64,000 nucleotides of DNA from Thermoproteota archaeon (GTDB lineage Archaea; Thermoproteota; Thermoprotei; Gearchaeales; Gearchaeaceae), in NCBI GenBank assembly GCA_032249235.1, contig JAVVGF010000005.1, positions 1 through 64,000 on the forward strand. The letters are read 5' to 3'. A program made the translations under genes and the position numbers. The notes beneath the pieces were generated by a model. That model made no database searches and was not told where the DNA came from. It saw nothing but the letters and a program-made list of their open reading frames with translations. This document shows, piece by piece, positions 30,355-40,713 of the stretch. Every line of letters starts with the position of its first letter. Within the stretch, counting starts at the first letter, position 1.

Positions 30355-30807
30355 TTAGCCTTTTTCGTTTATCAGCTTCTTCATCTTATCTAAAAATACA
30401 TTAACATAACGTAAATATTGATTAAAAGTTTCATTATCCATAAATCCCTCGTAAAAATTGGCATGAAATCTAAGACATGTACTCCATCCTATGAGTATTT
30501 CTTGATCCTTAGTTTCCTTTATGACTTTATTCATAACCACTTCTAAATCGTGATGAGTGAAATGCTCTAAGCCTATTTTTTCAGCATAAGCTTTAACAAC
30601 TTGAACACAACTCCCCCAAATCTTTTCTGATACTTCTCTCAAATCTTTGTTAATTTCTTCTAATGCTTTAGAATAATATTCTTCAGATGTTTTCAGATAA
30701 ACATCAATTCGTGTTTTAGGATCTAAAGCACTAAGTAAAATGTCTATAATTTTCTCCTCAGCTTTATTGCCAAATTTTTCTTTAAAAGCCTTGATTACTG
30801 CTTCCAC
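30355..30807 (-). CDS. PaREP1-family (HEPN superfamily) protein
   Basis: VSEKIWG...VKAYA...H..H..L...W...FHANFYEG; GAAAGTTTAAATA promoter upstream. Confidence 0.85.
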   Translation of the reverse strand: MEAVIKAFKEKFGNKAEEKIIDILLSALDPKTRIDVYLKTSEEYYSKALEEINKDLREVSEKIWGSCVQVVKAYAEKIGLEHFTHHDLEVVMNKVIKETKDQEILIGWSTCLRFHANFYEGFMDNETFNQYLRYVNVFLDKMKKLINEKG

Positions 30808-31082
30808 AAATTATATCTGGAATTTGAAGAATTAATTTTATTTAAACTTTCAAACCTACCCATTTGTTCACCTCACCATATTATATTAAGACCATAGCTT
30901 CATGAAGTTGTGACTATAGATGTTCCTAATCAATCTTTAAGAAACCCGTAGTTAAATCGTTCTAAGAACCTGGTTGAATTTGTGATCGCTGAATCATCAT
31001 TTCTTTATTTAGTGTTAAGGTTTGTAAAGTAGTTCAAATGATAAATAATAACTTAAATCTATTTTATCGAAATTTCAAAATT

Positions 31083-31523
31083 ATGAGGCTTTGGTCAATT
31101 CATCCTAGATACCTCGATTATAGGGGGCTTCTAGGCTTGTGGAGAGAAGCTCTGTTAGCACAGAAGGTAATTTTAGGAGAAACGAGAGGATATAAAAATC
31201 ATCCACAATTGATAAGATTTAAGAATACAAATGATCCTCTTCTCTATATAGGGACATATTTGTATTATGTCTATTTGGAAGGGAAAAGAAGAGGCTATAA
31301 TTTCGATATGAACAAAATTAAAAGATATGATCTAACATTAAAACTACCTGTAACTCAAGGACAAGTAAGATATGAATTCAATCATCTTCTCAATAAGCTC
31401 AAAAATAGAGATCTGAAAAAGTATGAAGAAATTAAAAATGAAAAGGAAATAGAAGTTAATCCAATTTTCTACGTGATTAAAGGTGATGTAGAAGAGTGGG
31501 AGAAAGTAAAAAATTCTGATTGA
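31083..31523 (+). CDS. Pyrimidine-dimer DNA glycosylase / T4 endonuclease V-like protein
   Basis: MRLWSIHP.YLD..GL..LWREALLAQ.V..G.T.GY.NHPQL.RF family N-terminus; start moved to ATG 31083. Confidence 0.85.
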   Translation: MRLWSIHPRYLDYRGLLGLWREALLAQKVILGETRGYKNHPQLIRFKNTNDPLLYIGTYLYYVYLEGKRRGYNFDMNKIKRYDLTLKLPVTQGQVRYEFNHLLNKLKNRDLKKYEEIKNEKEIEVNPIFYVIKGDVEEWEKVKNSD

Positions 31524-31548
31524 AAACAAATCATATTTTATGCAACCC

Positions 31549-32565
31549 TTATTTGCTTATCTTTTCAGTATTTATCGTCATTTCGCAAATATCCATCGAA
31601 TATTCTGAAATCCTCTTAAAACTTTCTATCATGACTCTAAACAATATTTTAATATCAGAATCTAGTCTTTTCTTCATCATCTTATCTAGCAATATTTCTA
31701 TTTGGAATATGAATTTCTCGATTTCTAATGCAGTTTCTCTTGCAAGTTTTGCATTTGAGTTAATGAAGGAATTTGATGCTTTCCAGAAAAGCTTCTTTAT
31801 TAGGTCTGCTACTTGATAAACATCTCGCATCAATTCTTTGTTCGGTTCTAACTTGCTTTCGAGATAATTTTTAGATATCGTGCAAACGTGGTCAGCAATT
31901 CTTTCTAATGTTTTGGCAAATAATCTATATTCTATCAACAGTGCCTTTTTTGAAACTCCTAAATCTATCATTGAATATGGATCTTCTAGTGCTAAATTGA
32001 TTTGTCTTGTTATGAAATGATAAAATCTATCAACCTCATCATCTAAATTTGCTACTTCTTCAAGGATTTCCTTATTATTCTTAATTCCTTCGATAGCATT
32101 CTCGAGCATTAAATAAACAACGCTGAAAATTCTATTCAATGTCTTCATCAAGCCTGCTTCTTTTGTTTCTGCGAAAACTTGTATTGTCATATTATCAATC
32201 CCCTCTTCGATTACCTCAATGCCAATCAGCTTATTTCTAAGTATATTCTTAATTTGATTTTTCTTCGTTATGCTTCCTTTATCGAATATTATTTTAATTA
32301 TTGTATAGCCAGAAAGATAGCTACCTATACATTCTCTAATTAGTGTGTTCTCGTTACCTAATTCAGAATAAGTAAAAGTAATAGACTTTTTACTCTTTTT
32401 ATCGAGGATTTTAAGCGGATAAATTGCTAATGAATTATCTTCTCTTTCTATAACAGCGACTTTATCATGAGCTTTAAGATTAAATGCATTAATCCAACTT
32501 TTAGGTAAAGAAACTATAAAGGTATTTCCTCCTGTAACTTGCAAGCTCCTTATTTCTCTTACCAT
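31549..32565 (-). CDS. Phosphate uptake regulator (AbrB-type DNA-binding + tandem PhoU domains)
   Basis: RSLQVTGGNTFIVSLPKSW (AbrB); DDEVDR, LERIADH, FKRISEY. Confidence 0.92.
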   Translation of the reverse strand: MVREIRSLQVTGGNTFIVSLPKSWINAFNLKAHDKVAVIEREDNSLAIYPLKILDKKSKKSITFTYSELGNENTLIRECIGSYLSGYTIIKIIFDKGSITKKNQIKNILRNKLIGIEVIEEGIDNMTIQVFAETKEAGLMKTLNRIFSVVYLMLENAIEGIKNNKEILEEVANLDDEVDRFYHFITRQINLALEDPYSMIDLGVSKKALLIEYRLFAKTLERIADHVCTISKNYLESKLEPNKELMRDVYQVADLIKKLFWKASNSFINSNAKLARETALEIEKFIFQIEILLDKMMKKRLDSDIKILFRVMIESFKRISEYSMDICEMTINTEKISK

Positions 32566-32584
32566 ATACAATAATAGACAAAAG

Positions 32585-32654
32585 AATATATATTTTATTC
32601 AATTTTACCCAATATCCCTATATAGACTATATATTTTATCGATAAATGCTATAG
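32585..32654. promoter_or_regulatory. Divergent regulator/pstS promoter with clustered palindromes (candidate phosphate-box sites)
   Basis: AATATATATT 32585-94, CTATATAG 32618-25, CTATATAT 32627-34, TTTATCGATAAA 32635-46, CTATAG 32649-54. Confidence 0.5.
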
Positions 32655-32673
32655 GTCTTATTAGTACGTGAAT

Positions 32674-33819
32674 ATGAAAGCTGTAAGTCGCATACTATTG
32701 GTAGGAATAGTCGTGGTTATCGTAATAGCAGCTAGCGTAACTTACTGGTATGTAACTCAGCCTGGTCAAAATACAGGTCAAGCTACACGAATAAAGATAT
32801 CTGGCGCAGGCTCTACTTTTGTAGCCTATTTCTTACAAAAAGTTGCATATGAATACGCCCAAAAGCATCCTGTAGATGTAGATTATGCTTCGATAGGAAG
32901 TGGAGCTGGAATTCAGCAATTCCTTGCTGGAACAGTTGATTTCGGTGCAAGCGATGCTCCTTTGTCTACACAGCAGTGGCAACAAGCTGGCGATGCTTTA
33001 CATATTCCTGATGTAATAGGTGCTGTAGTAATAACTTATAATATACCTGATTTGCCTCCAAATACGCATTTGAAGTTTACAGGGCAACTTATAGCTGATA
33101 TCTTTTTAGGAAAAATAAATAAATGGAACGATCCTGCATTGGTATCTTTGAACAGCGAATTAAAAAACATAGATAAGCCAATCACAATCGTTCATAGAGC
33201 TGATGGTAGCGGTACAACTTTCATTTTTACACAATATCTATCTCTTGTATCACAAGAATTTGCTCAAAAAGTAGGATATGGTGTCTCTGTTAACTGGCCT
33301 GCACCTAATAAGCTAGGAGGAAAAGGTAATGAAGGCGTGGCAGCTCAAGTTAAGAATACTCCTTATTCCATTGGTTATGTTGAGTTTACATATGCAGCTA
33401 AAAATAATCTATTATATGGTTATGTCCAGAATCCTTCAACTGGCGAATTCGTTGAACCAACGATACAAACTATAGCTAAGACTGCTGATTATGTAGCTTT
33501 AACTTTACCTTCTGGCGATAAAGATTGGTCTGATGTATCTATCGTAAAATCATTCATTGAATTAGCTAAAACTAATAAGAATTTAAGCGGAGCATATCCC
33601 ATTGTAAGTTTTACCTATATATTTATACATAAGGAACTTTCAAAAGTACCCAATATGACAAAAGAAAAAGCAAAAGCATTAGTAGATTTCTTGAGATGGC
33701 TAGTAACAGATGCCCAGCAATATGCTGAACCTTTATACTACGTTCCTTTGCCACAATCAGTAATCAATCTAAATTTGCAGACACTTTCAATGGTTACTTT
33801 TAACGGTAGTAATTTATAA
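32674..33819 (+). CDS. pstS: Phosphate ABC transporter substrate-binding protein
   Basis: N-terminal TM; GAGSTF, GSGAGI, FGASDAP, HRADGSGTT, GKGNEGV. Confidence 0.96.
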   Translation: MKAVSRILLVGIVVVIVIAASVTYWYVTQPGQNTGQATRIKISGAGSTFVAYFLQKVAYEYAQKHPVDVDYASIGSGAGIQQFLAGTVDFGASDAPLSTQQWQQAGDALHIPDVIGAVVITYNIPDLPPNTHLKFTGQLIADIFLGKINKWNDPALVSLNSELKNIDKPITIVHRADGSGTTFIFTQYLSLVSQEFAQKVGYGVSVNWPAPNKLGGKGNEGVAAQVKNTPYSIGYVEFTYAAKNNLLYGYVQNPSTGEFVEPTIQTIAKTADYVALTLPSGDKDWSDVSIVKSFIELAKTNKNLSGAYPIVSFTYIFIHKELSKVPNMTKEKAKALVDFLRWLVTDAQQYAEPLYYVPLPQSVINLNLQTLSMVTFNGSNL

Positions 33820-33834
33820 TAACCATTAAAAATT

Positions 33835-34746
33835 ATGAAAGGCGATACCATTTTTCTTTATATACTTGTTTTATTTTCTTTAATTTTCATTTCAATCGTC
33901 TTCTTATTAGGCTTTGAACTTTATCAAGGCTCTAGCAATATTCTTAGCGTATACGGAATTAACTTCATACTAGGAAGTGTTTGGGACCCTGTTAAGAATG
34001 TATACGGTATTGCTCCAATAATAGTTGATTCTTTCATTACCTGTTTTATTGCGCTTTTAATCGCTATACCTTTATCATTATTTGTATCTTATTTTATAAG
34101 CGAACTAATACCTATTCAGCTCAAACCTTTCTTTTCTTCATTAATTGAACTATTAGCTGCAATCCCTAGCGTAGTGTATGGATTATGGGGATTATTAGTA
34201 TTAGCTCCTTTCTTAAGATCATATATATACTTACCGCTTCAAAACGCTTTTTCTTTCATACCAATATTCCAAGGTGCTATAACTGGCTATGGAATTCTAA
34301 TAGCAGGTATTATCTTAGCTATAATGATTATTCCTACGATAACTGGAATTATAAAAGAGGCGATCGAACTATTACCTTCGCAAATTAAAGAAGCTGCAAT
34401 TTCTCTAGGAGCCTTTCGTTATCAAGTAGCTAAAATAATATTTATTCATTTAAAACTAACTATAGTCGCAGCCATAATTTTAGGTTTTGCAAGAGCTTTC
34501 GGTGAAGCTATGGCTGTAGCAATGGTCATAGGAGGCAAGCATGGTTTTCCAACAAACATCTTCGATACAGGATATACTTTACCTTCTATAATTGTTAATG
34601 AATTCACAGAAGCAGTAAATCCGCTTCATTATGACGCACTTGTTGCTGCTGGTTTCATTTTATTCATCATTGCATTAATTAATATAATCATAGCTCGTTT
34701 GATAATTTACAGATCATTGCGTTTCTTTAAGGCAACTCAGATATGA
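33835..34746 (+). CDS. pstC: Phosphate ABC transporter permease PstC
   Basis: ELLAAIPSVVYGLWG, RAFGEAMAV. Confidence 0.95.
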   Translation: MKGDTIFLYILVLFSLIFISIVFLLGFELYQGSSNILSVYGINFILGSVWDPVKNVYGIAPIIVDSFITCFIALLIAIPLSLFVSYFISELIPIQLKPFFSSLIELLAAIPSVVYGLWGLLVLAPFLRSYIYLPLQNAFSFIPIFQGAITGYGILIAGIILAIMIIPTITGIIKEAIELLPSQIKEAAISLGAFRYQVAKIIFIHLKLTIVAAIILGFARAFGEAMAVAMVIGGKHGFPTNIFDTGYTLPSIIVNEFTEAVNPLHYDALVAAGFILFIIALINIIIARLIIYRSLRFFKATQI

Positions 34747-35639
34747 CCAAATTTTCTTTAAGGAAATTTTTTAATCTAGGATTTATAGCAATATGTATCG
34801 TTGCGTTTATATTAGCAATCATTCCATTAGTTTGGATTTTAATAGAAGTAATCATCAATGGCATATCTGCTTTTTCTATTCAATTATTAACAAATCTTCC
34901 AACGCCTCCAGGTATTCCTGGCGGAGGAATTGCGAACTATATACAAGGTACGATAATACTAGTAGCTATTGCTTCTTTAATAGCATTTCCTTTTGGCCTT
35001 TTACTAGGCATTTTTCTTTCTGAATATAAAGAGCATAAATTAGCTCCTATTGTTAGATTCTTTGTCGAGGTTTTTTCTGAATTCCCTGCAATCGTTATAG
35101 GTATTTTTATATATGTGATATTGGTTAGAGGAGAGTTGTTTGAATTGTTTGGTATTGAAAAAATCTGCTTAGGAACAATATGCTTAGGGCCTACCGGTTT
35201 CTCTGCTTTAGCAGGAGCAATATCTTTATCTTTATTAATGATACCTATTGTATCAAAGTCTATAGAAGAATCTCTTAATTTGGTACCTGTAAGCATTAAA
35301 GAAGCAGCCTTAGCTTTGGGAATGAGTAGATGGAGGACTGTTTTTTCAATATCTATAAGTTATGCAAGAACAGGAATTTTATTTGCTTATATTTTGTCTG
35401 TTTCAAGGATTGCAGGCGAAGCTGCACCCTTATTGCTGACTGTTTTAGGTAGCTTTTATTGGTTTTCAGGACTTTTCGATAGAATTGGTGCACTTCCATT
35501 AGCTATATTCACATACGGTATTTCTCCTTACGAAGATTTGAGGGCTCAAGCATGGGCAGCTTCGCTTATATTAATCCTTGCAATTTTATTTTTAAATATA
35601 GGATTGAAAATTTTAATAACGAAAAGATTCGCTTGGTGA
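34743..35639 (+). CDS. pstA: Phosphate ABC transporter permease PstA
   Basis: [25 protein letters not shown]. Confidence 0.95.
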   Translation: MTKFSLRKFFNLGFIAICIVAFILAIIPLVWILIEVIINGISAFSIQLLTNLPTPPGIPGGGIANYIQGTIILVAIASLIAFPFGLLLGIFLSEYKEHKLAPIVRFFVEVFSEFPAIVIGIFIYVILVRGELFELFGIEKICLGTICLGPTGFSALAGAISLSLLMIPIVSKSIEESLNLVPVSIKEAALALGMSRWRTVFSISISYARTGILFAYILSVSRIAGEAAPLLLTVLGSFYWFSGLFDRIGALPLAIFTYGISPYEDLRAQAWAASLILILAILFLNIGLKILITKRFAW

Positions 35640-35640
35640 A

Positions 35641-36411
35641 ATGGATGCAATACTAAGCGTTAGGAACTTAAATGCTTGGTATGGAGAAAAACAAGTACTT
35701 TATGATATCAGCTTAGATATTCCAAGATATCATATAACAGCAATAATTGGTCCTTCAGGATGTGGCAAAACAACTTTCTTAAGATGCTTAAATCGTTTGC
35801 ATGAATTAAATCCTGGCAATAAAGTTAAAGGTGAGGTCTATTTTAACGGTAAAAATTTCAAAGGAAATATTTACGATCCTAGAGTAGATCCGGCTGAAAT
35901 AAGGAGATATATGGGCATGGTATTCCAGAAGCCAAATCCTTTTCCTATGCTATCTGTATATGATAACGTTGCAATAGGATTGAAAATAAATGGAATTAAA
36001 GACAAGAAAAAGATTGATGAGATCGTGATCAATACGCTTAAAAAAGCTTTTCTTTTAGACGAAGTGAAAGATTCCTTGCATAAATCAGGTGCTAGTTTAT
36101 CTGGAGGCCAGCAACAAAGATTATGCATAGCAAGAGCTATAGCATATAATCCAGAAGTAGTACTGTTGGATGAGCCAACTTCTGCGCTTGATCCAATCGC
36201 TACTTCTAAAATAGAACAACTTCTCGTAGAACTTAAAAAGGAGTTCACGATTGTTATAGTGACACATAATATGCAACAAGCTGCTAGAATTGCAGACTAT
36301 ACTGCTTTTTTGTATCTAGGTAGATTGATCGAATTCGCACCTACAGAGGAGCTTTTTGAAACTCCTAAAAACGAATTAACTGAAAAATATATAACAGGTA
36401 AGTTCGGATGA
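35641..36411 (+). CDS. pstB: Phosphate ABC transporter ATPase
   Basis: [37 protein letters not shown]. Confidence 0.97.
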   Translation: MDAILSVRNLNAWYGEKQVLYDISLDIPRYHITAIIGPSGCGKTTFLRCLNRLHELNPGNKVKGEVYFNGKNFKGNIYDPRVDPAEIRRYMGMVFQKPNPFPMLSVYDNVAIGLKINGIKDKKKIDEIVINTLKKAFLLDEVKDSLHKSGASLSGGQQQRLCIARAIAYNPEVVLLDEPTSALDPIATSKIEQLLVELKKEFTIVIVTHNMQQAARIADYTAFLYLGRLIEFAPTEELFETPKNELTEKYITGKFG

Positions 36412-37040
36412 GGTTAATAGACGAAGGACTTCAGAAGCTCAATTCAAAGATTACAAGAATGGCAATGCTTTCTAGAGAAACTGTTGAATTAGCTGTAAGA
36501 GCATATTTAAAGAATGAGAAACTAACTGAGAAGATCTTCCACAATTCTGAAACATTAAGAATACTTCAAGATGAAGTGAGCGAGCTCGCTGTTGACTTAA
36601 TAGCGAGATATCAGCCTGTTGCTTCAGATTTGAGATATATAAAATCCTGCATGGAAATAGCATATGGCTTTTCAAGATTTGGAAGATACGCTTACGATAT
36701 CATGCAAGTATTGGAAGTATTTGGAGACTTATCTAAATGTGATCATACTAAAATCATCAAAGCAAGCGAAATTGTGAATAGAATGATAGATTTAAGCATT
36801 GAAGCTTTCATAAATCGAGATCTTAATAAGGCTGAGCAAGTTGAAAAAATGGATGATGATGTTGATAATATTTATGAATCCCATTTAACTAGTTTGATAA
36901 AGGAGAAATCGAACAATTTAAATTGTGCCGTTTCAGCTACTCTTATATTGCGTTATCTAGAAAGAATTGCTGATCATGCATCGTATATAGCAGAAGCTGT
37001 GCTATATATAGTCAAAGGAGAAAGAAGACCAAGGAAATAA
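36408..37040 (+). CDS. phoU: Phosphate signalling protein PhoU
   Basis: [22 protein letters not shown]. Confidence 0.93.
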   Translation: MRLIDEGLQKLNSKITRMAMLSRETVELAVRAYLKNEKLTEKIFHNSETLRILQDEVSELAVDLIARYQPVASDLRYIKSCMEIAYGFSRFGRYAYDIMQVLEVFGDLSKCDHTKIIKASEIVNRMIDLSIEAFINRDLNKAEQVEKMDDDVDNIYESHLTSLIKEKSNNLNCAVSATLILRYLERIADHASYIAEAVLYIVKGERRPRK

Positions 37041-37049
37041 AAAAATTAC

Positions 37050-37442
37050 TTATAATCTATATCCAATCCTTTTTACTTTGTGCAAGCTATATTTCTTAGG
37101 TTTTAGTCTTTCTACTATGTATTTGAATGCCTTTAGCGGTTTGCTTTTATACCCGCATGTATAGACGTCAACGCTTGCATAATTGTATTCCTTCCATGAA
37201 TGGATTGAAATATGGCTTTCAGAAATTAAAGCAATAACAGATATTCCGCCCTTTGGTCCTTCGAAACTCCAGGAGTGAATGTCTATTAAATGCATTTTTG
37301 CAATTTTTGCTGCGTTTATTACTGTTTCTTTTAGGTATTCTTCATTGGATATTGCATTCAAATCACACTCGTATAGATTTCCGTATACATGCTTACCGAT
37401 AACTTTTTCTTTCCTTCCAACTTGAAGAGGTTTTTGTCCCAC
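37050..37442 (-). CDS. Pyruvoyl-dependent SpeH-family decarboxylase proenzyme (probably crenarchaeal-type arginine decarboxylase; AdoMetDC not excluded)
   Basis: ESHISIHSW self-cleavage motif, DVYTCG; GKHVYGNLY and WSFEGPKGG. Confidence 0.85.
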   Translation of the reverse strand: MGQKPLQVGRKEKVIGKHVYGNLYECDLNAISNEEYLKETVINAAKIAKMHLIDIHSWSFEGPKGGISVIALISESHISIHSWKEYNYASVDVYTCGYKSKPLKAFKYIVERLKPKKYSLHKVKRIGYRL

Positions 37443-37512
37443 CTACGCTTTTCCTTGTTTAACTCTTTTATGAGAAAAGTATTTAAACTTTTTTGTAAAT
37501 ATCTTGAGGAAA

Positions 37513-38274
37513 ATGATTATGCAGGATGATGATTCTCCTTTTGCTATCAAACCAAAAAAAGATAAATTTACCTCTTATCAACTCAGGATTTTTTCTGTTG
37601 AACTTTTAAGATCTTTAAAGAGTTTTGCAACATATAGAGAGTTATCGAGCATCTTTGATATTGACCCTTCTTCACTTTCCAGATATTTATCAGGTTCAGT
37701 ATTACCTAGCGAGGAAAAAGCTGAAAATATCATATCAAAAAGCTTAGACAAAAAAATTCTTTTTAAACTAATAAGCAAAATAAATCAAGAATCTTTTAAC
37801 GTCATTAATCCTGAATTTTTTCATTTCTTCTCATTTTATTTAGTTCATTCTCTTTTACCATTGAATTTCAATAAGGTTGTTTGTTTTGCAAATAAAGATG
37901 CATTCTTCGGTTACTCTCTTGCATTGCTAACGAAAGCTAAATTAGTTCTAGCATATAATGAGCGCTATTTTTTTCCCGATAAGAGAGTCGAGTACACTTA
38001 TACAATTAAGAGCTCATCTACAGGTGCAGAAATAAAGAAGAGCGTTGCTATACCTAAGAACTCAATAAAACATAATGATAGCGTTATAATTATTGGAAAA
38101 GAATTGGATGTACCTGAGGATTATCTAGCTTTAATGACGTTAGTTAAAAGAGCTAGATCAGATTCTAAAATTGTTGCATTAGCTTTCATTCAAATAGAAA
38201 ATAAACGTTTACAAAAAGAACTGGAAACCAAACTAAATAAAACTTTTGGAATACCTATAATATCAATTCTTTGA
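37513..38274 (+). CDS. HTH + degenerate phosphoribosyltransferase-fold regulator
   Basis: TYRELS...SLSRYLSGSVLP HTH; PRTase-like C-terminus lacking the VDD...SG.T loop (VIIIGKELDVPED). Confidence 0.7.
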   Translation: MIMQDDDSPFAIKPKKDKFTSYQLRIFSVELLRSLKSFATYRELSSIFDIDPSSLSRYLSGSVLPSEEKAENIISKSLDKKILFKLISKINQESFNVINPEFFHFFSFYLVHSLLPLNFNKVVCFANKDAFFGYSLALLTKAKLVLAYNERYFFPDKRVEYTYTIKSSSTGAEIKKSVAIPKNSIKHNDSVIIIGKELDVPEDYLALMTLVKRARSDSKIVALAFIQIENKRLQKELETKLNKTFGIPIISIL

Positions 38275-39277
38275 GGTTTTTATCAATAGGTTTGAAAGCT
38301 ATTCCTTTTTCAGTTATTATTCCTTCAATAAGCTCAGGATCGGTAATATCGAATGAAGGATTAAAGACATTTGCCTTTTTTGGTGCAACGTAGTAACGCT
38401 TAATCTTTATTATTTCTTCTTTACTTCTTTCTTCTATTTTGACATCTTCTAAACTAGCTTTAGGATCTATTGTGCTTGTGGGTGCTGCAACATAAAAAGG
38501 TATATTGAAATGCTTAGCTATCAAAGCTATTGAAAAAGTACCTATCTTGTTTATCACATGTCCTGACATTAAAATCCTGTCAGCTCCTACGAATACCTTA
38601 TCAACTTCACCTTTTTTCATTAAATACCCAACAGCCAAATCTGGAATTATTTTATATGGTATATTTAATTTTTCCAATTCCCATGCTGTAAGTCTTGATC
38701 CTTGCATTACAGGTCTGGTTTCTGTAACATATACCATTATCTTCTTTGTCTTTGATGCATAAGCGATTATTCCAAGAGCTGTTCCTATTCCGACAGTTGC
38801 AAGTGCTCCAGTGTTGCAATGGGTTAGAATTCTGTCGCCATCCTTGATTAAGCTAGAACCTAATTCAGCTATCTTAGAATTAACTTCTATATCTTCTTTG
38901 CAAATTTTTAAAGCTTCATTTAGAATTTTATCCTTTAAATCTTCCACGTTGTCGTTAGATTCAATTATTTGCTTAATTCTCTTAATGGCATAATACATGT
39001 TATACGCTGTAGGTCTTGCATCTATGAGTTTTTTAGAATATTCATCGATTATTTTGTTCAATTCATCTTTGTTTTTGAAATTATACTTCCTTGCAACTAA
39101 AGCAAGACATAATGCTGAAGCTGCACCTATTGCAGGAGCACCTCTTATTTTAAGTTCTTTGATAGCTTTAATTATTTCGTCAGGCTCTTTGGTAGAAATG
39201 ATCCTGAACTTTGTAGGTAAAGAACTTGCATCTATGAATTTGACTTCTCCGTTTTCATACTTTATATTTATGAGCAT
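38255..39277 (-). CDS. mtnA: Methylthioribose-1-phosphate isomerase (eIF2B-alpha family)
   Basis: IRGAPAIG, ARPTA, THCNTGALAT, ETRP.MQGSRLTAWEL, NKIGT. Confidence 0.92.
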   Translation of the reverse strand: MLINIKYENGEVKFIDASSLPTKFRIISTKEPDEIIKAIKELKIRGAPAIGAASALCLALVARKYNFKNKDELNKIIDEYSKKLIDARPTAYNMYYAIKRIKQIIESNDNVEDLKDKILNEALKICKEDIEVNSKIAELGSSLIKDGDRILTHCNTGALATVGIGTALGIIAYASKTKKIMVYVTETRPVMQGSRLTAWELEKLNIPYKIIPDLAVGYLMKKGEVDKVFVGADRILMSGHVINKIGTFSIALIAKHFNIPFYVAAPTSTIDPKASLEDVKIEERSKEEIIKIKRYYVAPKKANVFNPSFDITDPELIEGIITEKGIAFKPIDKNLKELIL

Positions 39278-39312
39278 ATACGTATTAATGAATGATAAAT
39301 AAATTATCTTTA

Positions 39313-39828
39313 ATGAAGTTAAAGCTCATTTTAGATGAACAAGGTAATGTTTTTGTAAATAAAAAGCATGCTCAAAAATTAATAGAACAAGGTTATGGTT
39401 TCGTCGAAGGAGATTATTTAAAGCTTGAAGATTATGAAGCACTTTATTTAATATTCAAAAATTTAGCCTCTTTGTTTCATGGCGAAAGAGAAATGAGCTT
39501 TGATGAAGCGATAGAATATTTCATCAAGAAAGATAAAAGAGTATGGGAAAGGTTCCTTGTTTATATGAAATTGAGAGAAAGAAACTATATTGTAAGGAAG
39601 GGTTATGGTGATCAATATGATTTCTTGCTATATGAAAAAGGTAGTTCATTTGATAAAGAAGCTCCGCAATATATAGTTTCAATTGTTCATGAAGGTAAAA
39701 GTTTAGAAATGAATAAGCTGAATGAAATGCTAGCTTTCGCAATGAGGATGCGTAAAAAAATCATATTCGCAGTGATAGATTCTAACAGTGATGTTTCTTT
39801 TTATGAAGCATCGAAAATCTCTCTATGA
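39313..39828 (+). CDS. endA: tRNA-splicing endonuclease subunit (probably structural, non-catalytic)
   Basis: EALYL, FLVY.KLRER.YIV.KG.G..DFLLY, IFAVID; no His at the usual catalytic position. Confidence 0.8.
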   Translation: MKLKLILDEQGNVFVNKKHAQKLIEQGYGFVEGDYLKLEDYEALYLIFKNLASLFHGEREMSFDEAIEYFIKKDKRVWERFLVYMKLRERNYIVRKGYGDQYDFLLYEKGSSFDKEAPQYIVSIVHEGKSLEMNKLNEMLAFAMRMRKKIIFAVIDSNSDVSFYEASKISL

Positions 39829-40712
39829 ATAAACAAAAACTTATAGCATCGTTGAAAATAATAAGAATTCCAAATTCCATAATGATGGGAATAGCTGTAA
39901 TCATAGGATTGCAGATTTCGAATCCTAAATGGTTTTTACTTACATTTCCTACTTTGTTTGGCGATTACCAGCTTATTTATATAACTGCAATTCCTTTCCT
40001 TGTAGGTTTTTTCTTATCAGCTTCTTCTATGGTATTCAATGATTATGTTGATTATGAAATCGATTTGATCAATTTTCCAAAAAAGCCTATTCCTGCAGGA
40101 TTGATAAGAAGAGATTTCGCATTATATTATGCAATAATATTAGCAATCATAGGCTTATTCCTTGCTTTTTCTTTAGCGAACTTCAATTCTTTAATAATAG
40201 CTTTAAGCGGCATAATTATAGCTTATTTGTATAATTTATTCCTCAAGAAAAGAGGAATTGTAGGGAATATGGCTGTAGCTTATACAACTATATTGCCTTT
40301 CCTTTATGGTGCTAGTTTAATGAATTTTCAAAACTTCTTTCCTTTATTCATACTTTGCCTATTAGCTTTTTTATCAAACTTAAGCAGAGAAATAGTTAAA
40401 GGAATCGTTGATATAATTGGAGATAGAGCCTTGGGAATAAAAACAATAGCTAATACAAGAGGACAAAATTTTGCTAGTAAACTAGCTTTTTATTTGATTT
40501 CTGTAGCCGTTGTAATAAGCTTCACTCCTTTCTTTTTAGGCTATTTAAATATTTACTTCATACCAATACTTCTCTTAGCTGATATCATCTTCATTTATTA
40601 TTCTTTAATCTTACTTAGAAATCCATCAAAAGAAAATGCCTATAGAACTAAAAACCGATATTTGATTGCAATGTCTTTAGCTTTATTATGTTTCTTTTTA
40701 GCTTCTATTTGA
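39825..40712 (+). CDS. Digeranylgeranylglyceryl-phosphate synthase (UbiA family)
   Basis: NDYVDYEIDLIN.P.KPIPAG; REIVKGIVDIIGD...G.KT. Confidence 0.85.
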   Translation: MNKQKLIASLKIIRIPNSIMMGIAVIIGLQISNPKWFLLTFPTLFGDYQLIYITAIPFLVGFFLSASSMVFNDYVDYEIDLINFPKKPIPAGLIRRDFALYYAIILAIIGLFLAFSLANFNSLIIALSGIIIAYLYNLFLKKRGIVGNMAVAYTTILPFLYGASLMNFQNFFPLFILCLLAFLSNLSREIVKGIVDIIGDRALGIKTIANTRGQNFASKLAFYLISVAVVISFTPFFLGYLNIYFIPILLLADIIFIYYSLILLRNPSKENAYRTKNRYLIAMSLALLCFFLASI

Positions 40713-40713
40713 T

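Noticed and set aside
31520-31816. 98-aa plus-strand ORF after the glycosylase
   Set aside because: It lies almost entirely antisense to the PhoU-domain regulator.
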